Below, one piece after another: positions 10,045-20,559 of a stretch of DNA of 64,000 nucleotides (position 1 is the first letter of the stretch; every line of letters starts with the position of its first letter). The notes under the pieces are model-generated. The model was not told the DNA's origin. It did not search any database and worked only from the letters and a program-made list of their open reading frames with translations. This DNA is from Candidatus Jordarchaeia archaeon (GTDB lineage: Archaea; Asgardarchaeota; Jordiarchaeia; Jordiarchaeales; Jordiarchaeaceae): the NCBI GenBank assembly GCA_029856435.1, contig JAHQXB010000063.1, positions 27,053 to 91,052 of the forward strand, in the 5' to 3' direction. Both the position numbers and the translations under genes were made by a program.

Positions 10045-10213
10045 GCAGGGATTTCCGAGTGGTCAATACCCAGCAGTGGTTGGCTACAGGAGCTGGGCTT
10101 AGGACCCAGTGGCGTAGTGGTGTCGGCCTGTTTTGGTGGCGCCGCGTAAGCCTTCGCGTGTTCGAAAAGAAGCATCAGATTGATGCAGCTCGATAGTCAC
10201 GCTCCCTGCACCA
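10045..10213 (+). tRNA. tRNA-Leu(UAG) with three introns (10067-10087, 10118-10149, 10167-10196), CCA encoded
   Basis: Spliced sequence GCAGGGA TT TCCGAGTGGTCAAAGGA G CTGGG CTTAGGA CCCAG TGGCGTAGGCCT TC GCGTG TTCGAAT CACGC TCCCTGC ACCA; anticodon TAG at 10100-10102; each insert folds as a BHB-like motif. Confidence 0.93.
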
Positions 10214-10251
10214 ATTTTTAAAAGTAGGTATATGCCCTGTTTATTTGGACT

Positions 10252-11100
10252 GTGAGGTCTTTATTTTTTGGTTTTTGTTTGACGGTGGTTATTTTGGATA
10301 AGCGTATTGATAGGATCGATCGCAAGATTGATAAGGGTAGAATTAAAAGGAAGCGCTCAGAGGATTTGGAGACGACGCAAGCGGTTATTGATAAGAGAAC
10401 CGCTATGGTTTTGTACGATTTGATTAATAGGGGTTTTTTGGATAGTATGAAGGGGGTTGTGGCTTCGGGTAAGGAGTCGAATGTTTATTGGGCGACTGCC
10501 GAGGAAAATGGGTTTACTCGGGATTTGGCGGTCAAGATTTATAGGACTTCGACTATGGATTTTAAGAGGATTTGGGTTTACATTCAGGGGGATCCTCGCT
10601 TTACTAAGGTTAAGAGGGATACGCGTTCCATTGTTTATGCATGGGCTGAGAAGGAGTTCAAGAATCTTAGGTTGGCGGATGAGGCGGGTGTTAGAGTTCC
10701 CAAACCCGTTGTTTGGAGGGGTAACGTTCTCGTTATGGAGTTTATTGGTGAAAATGGAGTTTCTGCCCCTAGGCTGAGAGAGGCAATGGTTGAGGATCCG
10801 GAGCCCATTTTTAAAATTGTTTTTGATTATGTTGCTAAGCTTTATGAGAAGGCGGAATTGGTGCATGCAGATCTTAGCGAGTATAATATTTTATATTGGG
10901 ATGAGCCGGTAATAATTGATGTTTCTCAAGCGGTTCTTCTCAGCCACCCTTTAGCATTAGATTTTTTGGCTCGTGATCTAAGGAATATTTTAAGATATTT
11001 TTCAAGTTTAGGAGTGGAGGTTCCCTCCTTGGAAGAAGCATATAAAAAAGTTACGGGTGAAGAATTGGTTGGAGACAAGAGAATTTATAAAAGTTCCTAA
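10252..11100 (+). CDS. rio1: RIO1 serine/threonine kinase
   Basis: GKESNVY, AVKIYRT, LVHADLSEYNILY, IIDVSQAV motifs; true start probably a few codons downstream. Confidence 0.95.
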   Translation: MRSLFFGFCLTVVILDKRIDRIDRKIDKGRIKRKRSEDLETTQAVIDKRTAMVLYDLINRGFLDSMKGVVASGKESNVYWATAEENGFTRDLAVKIYRTSTMDFKRIWVYIQGDPRFTKVKRDTRSIVYAWAEKEFKNLRLADEAGVRVPKPVVWRGNVLVMEFIGENGVSAPRLREAMVEDPEPIFKIVFDYVAKLYEKAELVHADLSEYNILYWDEPVIIDVSQAVLLSHPLALDFLARDLRNILRYFSSLGVEVPSLEEAYKKVTGEELVGDKRIYKSS

Positions 11101-11650
11101 AGAGCGGGTGGCAGTCATCATAGGTTCAAATGGACAGGTTAAATCTATAATTGAAAGGGAAACCAAAACCAAGCTAGACATCAATAGTGAAGATGGCAGC
11201 ATAGTTATCACTCCAACTGAGGAAACAGATGATCCTTTAGCGGTTTGGAAGGCTAGAGACATTGTGAGGGCTATTGGCAGAGGCTTCAGCCCCACCAGAG
11301 CCCTTAGACTCTTGGATGAGGGGGAACTGTTGGAAATAGTGGATCTCACACTTTTCACCAATAAATCTAAGAATTCTCTGACCAGAATTAAGGGTCGGAT
11401 TATAGGCGCCGGAGGAAAAACGAGAAAAATTATAGAGGAGATCAGTGGCGCCAATATATCAGTTTATGGGCACACGGTGGCCATAATAGGAAATGTTGAA
11501 CAGGGCAGAATGGCTAAGGAAGCAATAATGATGCTGATTAAGGGTGCCCCCCACTCCACAGTTTATAGTGTCCTCCAGAAGAGAAAAAGGTCCCAAAAGA
11601 GAAAATGGACCTCTTGGAAGACCTTGGGAGAAAATCAAATCGGAAGCTAA
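11057..11650 (+). CDS. KH-domain pre-rRNA processing protein (Dim2/Pno1/Krr1-like)
   Basis: VAVIIG and KGRIIGAGGKTR KH motifs; conserved neighbour of rio1. Confidence 0.92.
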   Translation: MKNWLETREFIKVPKERVAVIIGSNGQVKSIIERETKTKLDINSEDGSIVITPTEETDDPLAVWKARDIVRAIGRGFSPTRALRLLDEGELLEIVDLTLFTNKSKNSLTRIKGRIIGAGGKTRKIIEEISGANISVYGHTVAIIGNVEQGRMAKEAIMMLIKGAPHSTVYSVLQKRKRSQKRKWTSWKTLGENQIGS

Positions 11651-11652
11651 AA

Positions 11653-11970
11653 TCAAATTCCCTTCAAATAACCATTATCCTCAAGCCACTTTGCCTGCCC
11701 TTTAGAGTATCTCCAAATTATATCCGCCCTGTCATCCTGAAAGTCCCAAGGGGCAACAATGACGACGTCCCCCTCTTTGATCCAGACACGTTTCTTCATT
11801 TTTCCTCTTATTCTGCTGAGTCTAACTTTCCCATCGGTACACTTTACTTGAAGGCGGTCGTAGCCCATCATTTTAACCACTATTCCAAGAATTTCGCCCT
11901 GTCTTGGAGTGCGAACCTTCCGGAATTCGCCTTCGTCTTCTTCTATGAGGTCTTTTTTCTTCGGTGTCAC
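11653..11970 (-). CDS. eif1a: Translation initiation factor aIF-1A
   Basis: RIRGKMKKRVWIKEGDVVIVAPWDFQ...ADIIWRY. Confidence 0.96.
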   Translation of the reverse strand: MTPKKKDLIEEDEGEFRKVRTPRQGEILGIVVKMMGYDRLQVKCTDGKVRLSRIRGKMKKRVWIKEGDVVIVAPWDFQDDRADIIWRYSKGQAKWLEDNGYLKGI

Positions 11971-12035
11971 AATTTCAACCTTCTTTTAGTCCCTTAAGAA
12001 TACGTTTCCGTTCTTTTAAAATTTCCTAAATGGCT

Positions 12036-12218
12036 GAACTTGTTAAAAAATTGTTGTTCGGTTTTTCTTGGTTTGGTGTTTCCGCAGGGTGCTTGAGTGA
12101 TTCTTGCAGGTTTGCGATGGTGCTCTCCCCGCCGTCATGGGAGGTGGCACCCGCCACAACAGAACCTTGGAAGAGTCGCAGTTCAGACCGAGAAACGAAA
12201 TTATTTTTTAACAAGTTC
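12036..12218. mobile_element. MITE family A (183 bp)
   Basis: 16-bp perfect TIR GAACTTGTTAAAAAAT; 9-bp TSD TAAATGGCT at 12027-12035 and 12219-12227. Confidence 0.88.
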
Positions 12219-12265
12219 TAAATGGCTGTTGGGAATTGTTAGGTTTCCTAGAGGAGTACCGATTA

Positions 12266-13333
12266 TTAAGTTTCTGGTATGAGGATGGTTATTTCTTCGT
12301 CTATTTTTATTGCTTGTATTATTTCTCCTTCTTTAAGGTTTGTGTGGGTTTGCTCTCTTTTTATTTCTGCTATTTCATATGTTTTTAGGTCCATTAGTTG
12401 GATGGTATCTTTAGTTTTGGAGATTATGAGGTATTGTTTTGTTTCTGGTTTCCAGCTTTGTATTTCTGATTCCCAGAAGTCCTTGTACTGTATAATTTGC
12501 TTTTCTCCAGTTTTGGGGTTTTTTCCTATAAGGTTGCCTTTTTCGATTTTTTCGAATATGAGGGTTTTGTCCGTTAATTGTATAATCTCGCCTGGAGTGA
12601 AGGAGGGGAGTCTCACTGATACTGATGTTGTTCCTTTCTTTTTTCCATCCTTCATTCCGGACAATTTGAATGATTCATGGATATTTGCGCCCATTTGTTC
12701 TTTTGCGGATGTGGCAATGCTTTTCGCGAGTCCAGTTGAGCTAACGTAGAGGTCGAAGCCTTCTTTTTTCTCCTTTATTTCGGGTATGTATTCATCTTTG
12801 TATCTTTCAGATTCGAGAGCTTTGTCTATTATTTGGTAGATTTGTTGTCTCTCTTCTTCGCTTATTCTGCCTCTTAGCCCCCTGAACTGGACTATGGCCT
12901 CATAGGCGCCTTGTTTTTTCTTAGTACAAATGCCGCAAGGTGAAGATTCGAGTTTTACGGTGACTTTGACCATTTCACTGATGGCAGTGTCGTTTTTTTT
13001 GGCGGTTATTAAAATGGGAACATCGATTTTTCCGGTTAATTCCACTTCTTCGGCTATCTGTGGTTGTATAATTATCTCAAATTCTGGTGAGTGTTTTATG
13101 AAGCGCTGTAAGTTCTGCTCTATTACTATCTCTAAGAATTCTTTCGGGTTAAAGCTATTGGTTTGCACCCACTTTTTGGAAAGCTTGTAACTGTAACAGT
13201 GTGGACAAATTCTCACTTCAAACTCATGTTTAACACTGAATGGGGGATTCTTCTTGAGGTAACATGATTCACAGAGGTTTTCAATCAGGGGGATATCTGT
13301 TTTTCCACACAGCGCACAGAATCTTTTTGTCAT
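12266..13333 (-). CDS. nmd3: Nmd3 60S/50S ribosomal export-family protein
   Basis: CALCG...LCESC, CPHC, CGICTKK...YEAIVQFR motifs. Confidence 0.92.
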   Translation of the reverse strand: MTKRFCALCGKTDIPLIENLCESCYLKKNPPFSVKHEFEVRICPHCYSYKLSKKWVQTNSFNPKEFLEIVIEQNLQRFIKHSPEFEIIIQPQIAEEVELTGKIDVPILITAKKNDTAISEMVKVTVKLESSPCGICTKKKQGAYEAIVQFRGLRGRISEEERQQIYQIIDKALESERYKDEYIPEIKEKKEGFDLYVSSTGLAKSIATSAKEQMGANIHESFKLSGMKDGKKKGTTSVSVRLPSFTPGEIIQLTDKTLIFEKIEKGNLIGKNPKTGEKQIIQYKDFWESEIQSWKPETKQYLIISKTKDTIQLMDLKTYEIAEIKREQTHTNLKEGEIIQAIKIDEEITILIPET

Positions 13334-13360
13334 TTACATGTTACCTCATAAAGTATGAAT

Positions 13361-13801
13361 CTACATAATTACCTTTTGTGCGTGGGCTACGCCTTCAATT
13401 TTTATGATTCCTTGGGGAGGTATTAGTCCCTCAATTATGGCTTGGGAAACAATGTTGTTGCCAACTATGTTTATTATGGTTCCTTGTTTGATTGCTGCTA
13501 TGCCCTCCTCTATTGAGACCAGCTCACCACAATAAAATTCCTTTTTCACCTCTATTTTGAGCTTGCCTTCTCTGAAGGTTTTTCCTAATATCTCTTCGTC
13601 GCAAACGGCAACCATAATTTCATTATTTACTCTCCTTACATGAAGGTAGACTCGCATCTTAAAGCTCTCCTTACTCATTATGGTAGGTGGCTTTGAAGCA
13701 ACTCTATTGTATGGCTTTGATTGATGCTCTTGCTCCGCAGGCTTCGCACACAAGGAAGTAGAATCTATCCTGTTTTTCAATATGGGTGTCTGGCTTTCCA
13801 C
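13361..13801 (-). CDS. DUF424-family protein (true start probably at MRVYLHVRR)
   Basis: MVAVCDEEILGKTFREG...EFYCGE...IINIVGNNIV. Confidence 0.8.
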   Translation of the reverse strand: MESQTPILKNRIDSTSLCAKPAEQEHQSKPYNRVASKPPTIMSKESFKMRVYLHVRRVNNEIMVAVCDEEILGKTFREGKLKIEVKKEFYCGELVSIEEGIAAIKQGTIINIVGNNIVSQAIIEGLIPPQGIIKIEGVAHAQKVIM

Positions 13802-14114
13802 ACTCGGAACAGAGAACGTAGGTGTGGGTGTATCTTGATATTAGTTCATCAAGAGCCTTGTTTGTAAACTTTCCCTGGAAAATCGCTCTCTGACCTTCTA
13901 TAATACCTGCGGTTGCTAACTCCCGCATAAGATACTTCATTAAGTGTTGAGGGTCTCTGTTCAGAGCCGAAGCTATATCTCTATAGTTTCTAACAATTGT
14001 CCTGTTTCCCTCAACAAAAATTACTGATTTGGGGATCTCGAATCTTTTGCGTTCAAAAACTTCAGGGGGTAACTGTTGACGTGCTCTATCTAATAGACGC
14101 TCATAGTTTTCCAT
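13704..14114 (-). CDS. eif2b: Translation initiation factor aIF-2 beta
   Basis: YERLLDRA...RFEIP...NRDPQHLMKYL...CSECGKPDT...CEACGA. Confidence 0.96.
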   Translation of the reverse strand: MENYERLLDRARQQLPPEVFERKRFEIPKSVIFVEGNRTIVRNYRDIASALNRDPQHLMKYLMRELATAGIIEGQRAIFQGKFTNKALDELISRYTHTYVLCSECGKPDTHIEKQDRFYFLVCEACGARASIKAIQ

Positions 14115-14134
14115 TACACAACCACCTCGAGTGT

Positions 14135-14806
14135 TTAGAGTTTCCTGTAAGTCTGTGGCCTGGGCTCATAGATTGTTCCATCAGACAACAACTCTGTGAG
14201 GCAGGACTCTAATTCCTTAAGTGATAATCCAGTTTCTTTCTTTATGATCTGGAAATCCACTCCTTCACCTTCGTCAAATTTTTCGATAACTTCCATAATG
14301 CGGGTAATCTTACTGGCGAGGTCTTCTTCAGGTACAGTTTTATCTTCTTCGGATACTCCAATATCTTCTTTTAGAGGGCTAGTCTCACCTACAGGTTTTA
14401 ACAACATTAACTCCAATTCTCTAACAATTTCCCAATTGGGGTCGTCAACATTTATAACAAGTTCTGGGACTAAATAAACCTCGCCCCGATACTCTTTAAC
14501 CTTACCGATAATGTCTACTATATCACCAATCTGGACCTTATTAATAGGGGAATTCTGATTCTTCCAGAACTTAGCCCTAATTGTCTCGGAACCATCATCA
14601 ATTGTAATGCTACCAAAGTCTGGCTGGGAGCTGATAAACTTGTCGACCACAGTTCCCATAACCCTAGCTCTCTGAACCTCTAATCCTGAACCAGTAACGA
14701 TAAACCGCCCATTAGGTTTTTCCACCCACTTACCATTAACCAGATCCGAAATATGCACCTTATACGCGGTGGCCCTCTTTTTAATGATTCTACTCAACTC
14801 CATCAC
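14135..14806 (-). CDS. RPA32-like OB-fold protein with C-terminal winged helix
   Basis: GTVVDKF...ITIDDGSETIRAK OB fold; C-terminal GTIYEPRPQTYRKL winged helix. Confidence 0.85.
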   Translation of the reverse strand: MMELSRIIKKRATAYKVHISDLVNGKWVEKPNGRFIVTGSGLEVQRARVMGTVVDKFISSQPDFGSITIDDGSETIRAKFWKNQNSPINKVQIGDIVDIIGKVKEYRGEVYLVPELVINVDDPNWEIVRELELMLLKPVGETSPLKEDIGVSEEDKTVPEEDLASKITRIMEVIEKFDEGEGVDFQIIKKETGLSLKELESCLTELLSDGTIYEPRPQTYRKL

Positions 14807-14906
14807 TCTGAAAATTTCTTAAACAGTTTAACATCTTTATTCGACACATTCCAGAACGATTTCCAATAAGCATTAATTTGGAATCCTAAGGGTGGATTTT
14901 GAACGT

Positions 14907-15767
14907 TCAAAAAAACTGAACGCCATAAATTTTTTCTGGAAGTTCCTTGTTAACTTTCCAAAGTCTATCCTTTAAATCTTCTTGCTTTCTTAATTGATTT
15001 ACCAACTTGGGTACAGATTTTGGTCCCAGTACCGCCCCTGGCCTCTTGGGATCGTCAAGGTAATCAGTTTCGAGGAGGAAGCGGTCTCCCTCCTTAAACG
15101 CAGCTTCGACATTTTTCCTAGATGCAATTAGGGAGGGAAAAATTTTTTCGCGTTCACAAATTTTAATTAGCGGTGGACAAAAATGCTTTATTACCCTACA
15201 GGGGCTCAAGTTAGATTTTCGTATCATGCCAGATAATTCAATTATTTCCTTTTCGCCCACACTTTCTGTATGAAGCTGTACCGCGCACCCACAGTCTCTT
15301 GCCCTTCCAAGAGCGTAAAGTAATATTTCATTTGAGACTTCCCAAATTTCGGGACTTACCTGATAATGGGGCCGCCCCACCTCCCCAATGGCTATCGCTC
15401 TCCCCTCCTCAATCCACTTTACCGCTATGTCCAAACCAGCACACATAAGCTCCTTGGCTTTTTTTATTTCCATTCCTCTGTTTAACATCTGTGTCAGTTC
15501 AGCTGGGTGAACTCCTATAACACCATAGGCATAAATATTGAAAGCCCTAATTTTTTCCACGCAATCAGAAACATAACTGTAACAGGTTTCATAATCGGAA
15601 GGCTTTGAAACAGTTACTCCATAGCTCCATGAAGGGAGACAAACTATAATTAGAGCTGTACCCCCCGCTCTCTTGAATTCTTTTCCAATGTTTACAGGTC
15701 CAAGTCCTTTAAATGGATTAATGTGCATATGGTTATCCGTGGCGGGAAAACTTTGCATATTAATCAC
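14907..15767 (-). CDS. TatD-related metal-dependent hydrolase
   Basis: DNHMH, GVHP, IGEVGRPH, LHTE, LETDYLDDP motifs. Confidence 0.85.
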   Translation of the reverse strand: MINMQSFPATDNHMHINPFKGLGPVNIGKEFKRAGGTALIIVCLPSWSYGVTVSKPSDYETCYSYVSDCVEKIRAFNIYAYGVIGVHPAELTQMLNRGMEIKKAKELMCAGLDIAVKWIEEGRAIAIGEVGRPHYQVSPEIWEVSNEILLYALGRARDCGCAVQLHTESVGEKEIIELSGMIRKSNLSPCRVIKHFCPPLIKICEREKIFPSLIASRKNVEAAFKEGDRFLLETDYLDDPKRPGAVLGPKSVPKLVNQLRKQEDLKDRLWKVNKELPEKIYGVQFF

Positions 15768-15995
15768 ACACAGCTAATTCTCTTGAAAATAGTAGGGTGA
15801 GAAAATTTAATATTTGTTATTTATCAGCATTTTTTACCAAACGTTTAAAACAGCCCTGTCTCATCGTTCTGATAATGAGAACATAATTCTGAAGAAACAT
15901 TTTTACATATGGGAATGTTTGTTCCAAAAGGTTCTTAAGAAAAATTATTGTTGCTACCTAAAATAAGGTGACTTATTTGTTCGAGGTGGTAGAGT

Positions 15996-18005
15996 TTGAG
16001 TAGGATACTGATTACTTCCGCGTTGCCCTATGCTAATGGTGACCTTCACATAGGACATGTTTCCAGCACATATATTCCCGCTGACGCTTATGCAAGATTT
16101 TGCAGATTAAAAAAACACGACGTAGTTTTTGTATGTGGAAGCGACGACCACGGGACTCCAATTTCAGTTGCAGCACGCGAAGCAGGGCGCACACCCCTCG
16201 AACATATCGATTATTATCGCGAGAGACAACTAAATGATCTTAAAGCATTAAACATAAGTTTTGATAACTATTATAAAACTCACAGCGAAGAAAACCGGGA
16301 AATAACAGAATACTTTCTCCTAAAACTAAGAGAAAAGGGCTACATCTACCAGAAAGAAGTTGAAGAATTCTACTGCGAGAGGGACAAAACCTATCTTCCC
16401 GACAGAATGATAAAAGGCACCTGCCCCCACTGCGGAGCAGAAGACCAGTATAGTGACGCCTGTGAAGTTTGTGGAAGAACAATTGAGCCGGGAGAAATAC
16501 TTAAACCCTACTGCATCCTGTGTGGTGAACCTCCAGTAACCAGAAGGGAAAAACATTTCATATTCAAGCTAAGTGTGTTCTCTGACAGATTATACCAATG
16601 GTTAACATCGGACAAAACGGGTAAGAACTTTCCCAAAGATGTTATAAACTATGTTGTTCAATGGATAAAATCGGGGCTCCAAGACTGGGACATCACTCGG
16701 GAGGATTACTGGGGATTCAAATTACCATACCCTGACGCAAAGGAGAACCAGTACGTCTATGTCTGGTTCGATGCACCCATAGGGTATATAGCCTCCACAA
16801 TTAATTGGAGTAGAAAAAACAAAGCAAACTGGGAGGACTACTGGAAGAGGGAGGATAGCTTCATCACACATTTCATTGGTAAGGATATAATATACCACCA
16901 CTTTCTTTTCTGGCCAGCCATGCTTATGGGAACCGAGGAAATAACGCTCCCCAAAAAGTATGTGGTGAACGGATACCTCACCCTCGAAGGTTTAAAGATG
17001 AGCAAAAGCCGAAAATGGCTAATTCCCCTAAACTACATTTTGCAAAGATACCCGGCAGATTATGTGAGATTTTATCTGGCCTTCAAAGCCGCAAACACCA
17101 TAAAGGACAATAACTTCAGCTGGGAAGAATTTCAAGAAAGAATAAACGGAGACCTTGTGGACAACATTGGAAACTTCATCCACCGAATCCTGCACTTCAT
17201 CAACAACCGATACAACAGCAAAATACCAGAACCCTCAGATTTCGACGAACAGGACAGGGAATTTATCCAATTAATTAAAACCGCCCCTGACGAACTCGCC
17301 ACATACTATGAAGAATGCGACCTCTCAAAAGCCATCAAAAGAATAATCGAACTCTTCAAATTCGCCAATAGTTACTTCTCAGCAAAAGAGCCCTGGAAAG
17401 CCATAAAGGAAAAACCCAAACAAGCCAAAAACACGCTCTACCTTTGCGCCAACTTCCTGCTCTCAGCATCTATACTCCTATATCCAATAGTACCCCAATC
17501 AGCAGAAAAACTCCAAGAACTACTAAAAATAAAACCAGAAAATTGGGACACCGCAAAAGAGTTCCTACTAAAACCCGAACACCAAATCCAAAAAGCAGAA
17601 CCGCTATTCGAGAAAATCCCAAAAGAAGAAATAATAAAAGAAATAGAAACATTAAAACAACAAACAGAACAAGCAGGAAAAAAGGTAGAAGTCGACATCA
17701 GCGAATTCGACAAACTGGACATAAGAATAGGGGAAATAATCTCCGCAAAACAACTACAAGGAGACCTAACACACATAATCGTCAAAACAGAGCCCAACAA
17801 ACAATTAAACATAATAGGCAAACTAGGAAAAAACTACAAACCCCAAGAATTAAACGGTAAAAAAGTAACAGTGATAACAAATCTTAAACCCAAAAAGATC
17901 CAAGGAATACTATCAGAAGGCATGCTCCTAGCAGCCATAGACGGAGAAAAAATATCACTACTAGTACCAGACAAGGACGTTGAAACAGGAAGCAAAGTCA
18001 AATAA
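15996..18005 (+). CDS. metG: Methionyl-tRNA synthetase with C-terminal tRNA-binding domain
   Basis: LPYANGDLHIGH, zinc knuckles, KMSKS, C-terminal Trbp111-like domain. Confidence 0.97.
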   Translation: MSRILITSALPYANGDLHIGHVSSTYIPADAYARFCRLKKHDVVFVCGSDDHGTPISVAAREAGRTPLEHIDYYRERQLNDLKALNISFDNYYKTHSEENREITEYFLLKLREKGYIYQKEVEEFYCERDKTYLPDRMIKGTCPHCGAEDQYSDACEVCGRTIEPGEILKPYCILCGEPPVTRREKHFIFKLSVFSDRLYQWLTSDKTGKNFPKDVINYVVQWIKSGLQDWDITREDYWGFKLPYPDAKENQYVYVWFDAPIGYIASTINWSRKNKANWEDYWKREDSFITHFIGKDIIYHHFLFWPAMLMGTEEITLPKKYVVNGYLTLEGLKMSKSRKWLIPLNYILQRYPADYVRFYLAFKAANTIKDNNFSWEEFQERINGDLVDNIGNFIHRILHFINNRYNSKIPEPSDFDEQDREFIQLIKTAPDELATYYEECDLSKAIKRIIELFKFANSYFSAKEPWKAIKEKPKQAKNTLYLCANFLLSASILLYPIVPQSAEKLQELLKIKPENWDTAKEFLLKPEHQIQKAEPLFEKIPKEEIIKEIETLKQQTEQAGKKVEVDISEFDKLDIRIGEIISAKQLQGDLTHIIVKTEPNKQLNIIGKLGKNYKPQELNGKKVTVITNLKPKKIQGILSEGMLLAAIDGEKISLLVPDKDVETGSKVK

Positions 18006-18178
18006 CCAAAAAATTGAACCTACCAACACCTTTGCAACTGTTGTTACATGTTTAAGATTTTACTATCTTACCTTATCTTGAGTATAATGTTGATTAGTGA
18101 AAGCATTAGAATTACTTTCTCTTCTTCTAAGCCACAAATACTCTTCTTTTAGGAAGCGCCTTTTCCCAAAAGTAGTCT

Positions 18179-19285
18179 TTAACACCCAGCCCAAAAGCTT
18201 GGCTTAAAGAACGCTAAATTTAAAGCCACCACTGGAAAAGCAAGCACCCAGAGGTAACAAGTATCCCCAAATTCACCCAACCCCATCGGCTTGGAGACAG
18301 GGAAATCCTCAACGTAATCTTCTCAGAATAGCTGCTTAAATTGAACTCTTCTGCAGCCCACATGGCTACTCCACGAGGCCACTCTAACAATCTCTTAACA
18401 TCTTCCTCACTAGGCTCAACCATTAAAAGCATACTATTATCTAGGTAACTCTTGGAATGGGGGTTCCCAAGGGATTCGAAGGTAGAATAGGAAATCGTAG
18501 CCGTAGATAATACGCCACGGGATTTCTACCCCCGTCCCGTAAGGAAACCATGGAACCTATTACCACCACCCTATGGTTGTCCAGTACGGTAGATTATTAG
18601 CGACGATGTGAAAGTATGGGTCTGCTATCATTGTTCCGTTGGAGCTGCAAATTGATATTTTGGTCACGGTTTGGATGGTTCCGTTTATTTCCAGCTCGTA
18701 CACTCTTGACTGTTGTGGTGCAGTTTTCACCATCGATTGTGACAGTGCCATTCCGCTCATACACCAATTTTCCCTGCTGTACCTTGACGTCTATGTCTTT
18801 GAACGACTCGTACACCTGCTGGGTTATGTTCTCCATTTTCAGTTCTATCTCTCGGCTTAGAAGCTGATCGAATTGTTTGAATTGTTCTAGGTACACTGGG
18901 TTCTGTTTCAGGAAGCTGAAGAAGTTGCGTTTCAAAGTTTCATTATCTGGATTGTTTTGACTCATTAACGAACCATATTCTGGAGTGTTTTTGATATTCT
19001 GCATCTGCCATTCTCAGAATCCCTGATTTATACTGTCCTGGAATGTTTTCTTTAATTCATCGACTTCTCGAGGGTGAGTGAACCATTCTCTATCCTTGCA
19101 ATTGCTTCTGGGTCCAGTAAAGAATCTGCCCCCAAGTTAATCTTCTGGTTTGAAACAAGCAGGGACATCCCAGTGTGAGGCAGTTTGGTTCTGGCAGCCT
19201 GTACACTTACTGTTGTTATGCCAATTCCTATCCCTAGTATAATTGCCGCAAAAAACGACACAAAGAAAACTTTACTCTTGCACAT
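18179..19285 (-). pseudogene. Degraded gene for a secreted protein
   Basis: Signal-peptide ORF (19285-19052) continues into protein-like fragments (19004-18597, 18760-18560, then VPWFPYGTGVEIPWRIIYGYDFLFYLRIPWEPP) separated by frameshifts and many in-frame stops. Confidence 0.5.
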
Positions 19286-19541
19286 CCAAAATCCTCCAAC
19301 AATTTAACTTATTATCTATAAAAAGTAGTATATACATCGGAAGTTTGGAGACACTACACTCCTTACCAGTGAAGAGATATTGTGTTTTGAGAGATGCTCA
19401 TCTTTTAAGTTTGTGAAAAAAAGAGCTATCTCAACCCCCAAAAAATAATCCTCCAGACAATAATAGAGTGCAACCAATCTCACATAAAAAACACCAAAAA
19501 AACAACCCACACACAAACCTACAAACACACAACAACAATCA

Positions 19542-20492
19542 TCACACCCATTCCTGAAAAACAACACTGGAATAGGTATCAATAACATCTTCCATCTCAA
19601 AAATTTTCAGTAAAAATCTATTATAATGTTTAATATCCTTGACACGTACCACAGCCATTAACCCATACTCCTCGCCTGTCCGATAAAGACTCCAAACCTC
19701 ATCAAACCCACACAGATTCCTAGCCACCGAAAGATAGGCTGCGGGATCAACTCTAATTTCTAAATAAAACTTCGCATCCAAACCAATTGCAGAAAAATCT
19801 ACTTTTGCAGTATAACCGATAATTACGTCCTCACTGCGAAGTTTAGAAATTCGCCGAGAAACCACAGGTTGCGAAACACCTAACTTCTTAGCCAAATCAG
19901 TTTGGGAATAAGGCATAGAATTGGTTTGCTGCCTAAGGATACTAAGCAACTTCCAATCAAAATCAGAAACAGGGTAATAATCGGTTTTTGAATCAGGAAC
20001 AACAAAACCCGACTCCTTGAAGGTAGCCAGTATCTCCACCAAACGATACTTCTTAAACCTAGAAACCACCATCAAACAATCAAGACCAGAAAGAAAAGAA
20101 GAAAACTCAGAAGGAGAACGAAAACGATACACCCCCAAAAGAGAATACTCACCCGAAATCCCATCCATAGACTGAATCTGGGGAATACTTAACAGACCTC
20201 TAACAATATCATACTCGTGAGGATTCGTCTTAACAAAAAGAAAAATACTACGATCAAAAAGTATCTTCAAAGGATTCAAAACTACAGTATATCCTCTCAA
20301 AACCTTCCTCTCAAATAACCGACTAATCACCTTAGCAATATGATTACGGCTCTTACCCAGCCTCTCCGCCAAACCCTTCACACCAGCAGAAGAATCCTTC
20401 AACAAAAGATTCAAAACCGCCTCTTCTAGAGCATCTAACCGCATAAAAACCACACAAAACAAGCCAGTACAAAAGCAAATTATAACAAACAA
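19542..20492 (-). CDS. Lrp/AsnC-family regulator with duplicated HTH-AsnC units
   Basis: Two HTH plus RAM-domain repeats (LAERLGKSRNHIAKVISRL...; LAKKLGVSQPVVSRRISKL...). Confidence 0.88.
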   Translation of the reverse strand: MFVIICFCTGLFCVVFMRLDALEEAVLNLLLKDSSAGVKGLAERLGKSRNHIAKVISRLFERKVLRGYTVVLNPLKILFDRSIFLFVKTNPHEYDIVRGLLSIPQIQSMDGISGEYSLLGVYRFRSPSEFSSFLSGLDCLMVVSRFKKYRLVEILATFKESGFVVPDSKTDYYPVSDFDWKLLSILRQQTNSMPYSQTDLAKKLGVSQPVVSRRISKLRSEDVIIGYTAKVDFSAIGLDAKFYLEIRVDPAAYLSVARNLCGFDEVWSLYRTGEEYGLMAVVRVKDIKHYNRFLLKIFEMEDVIDTYSSVVFQEWV

Positions 20493-20559
20493 AATATATA
20501 AACTTTATAAGATTACACCCACAAAAAGGAAAACAAAAACACCACAAGGGAGAAAAAGT

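Noticed and set aside
12026-12282. Three overlapping ORFs of about 60 aa; also considered as 5S, SRP, SECIS or split-tRNA RNA
   Set aside because: TIRs plus a 9-bp TSD explain the region as a MITE; no 5S, SRP or tRNA consensus is present
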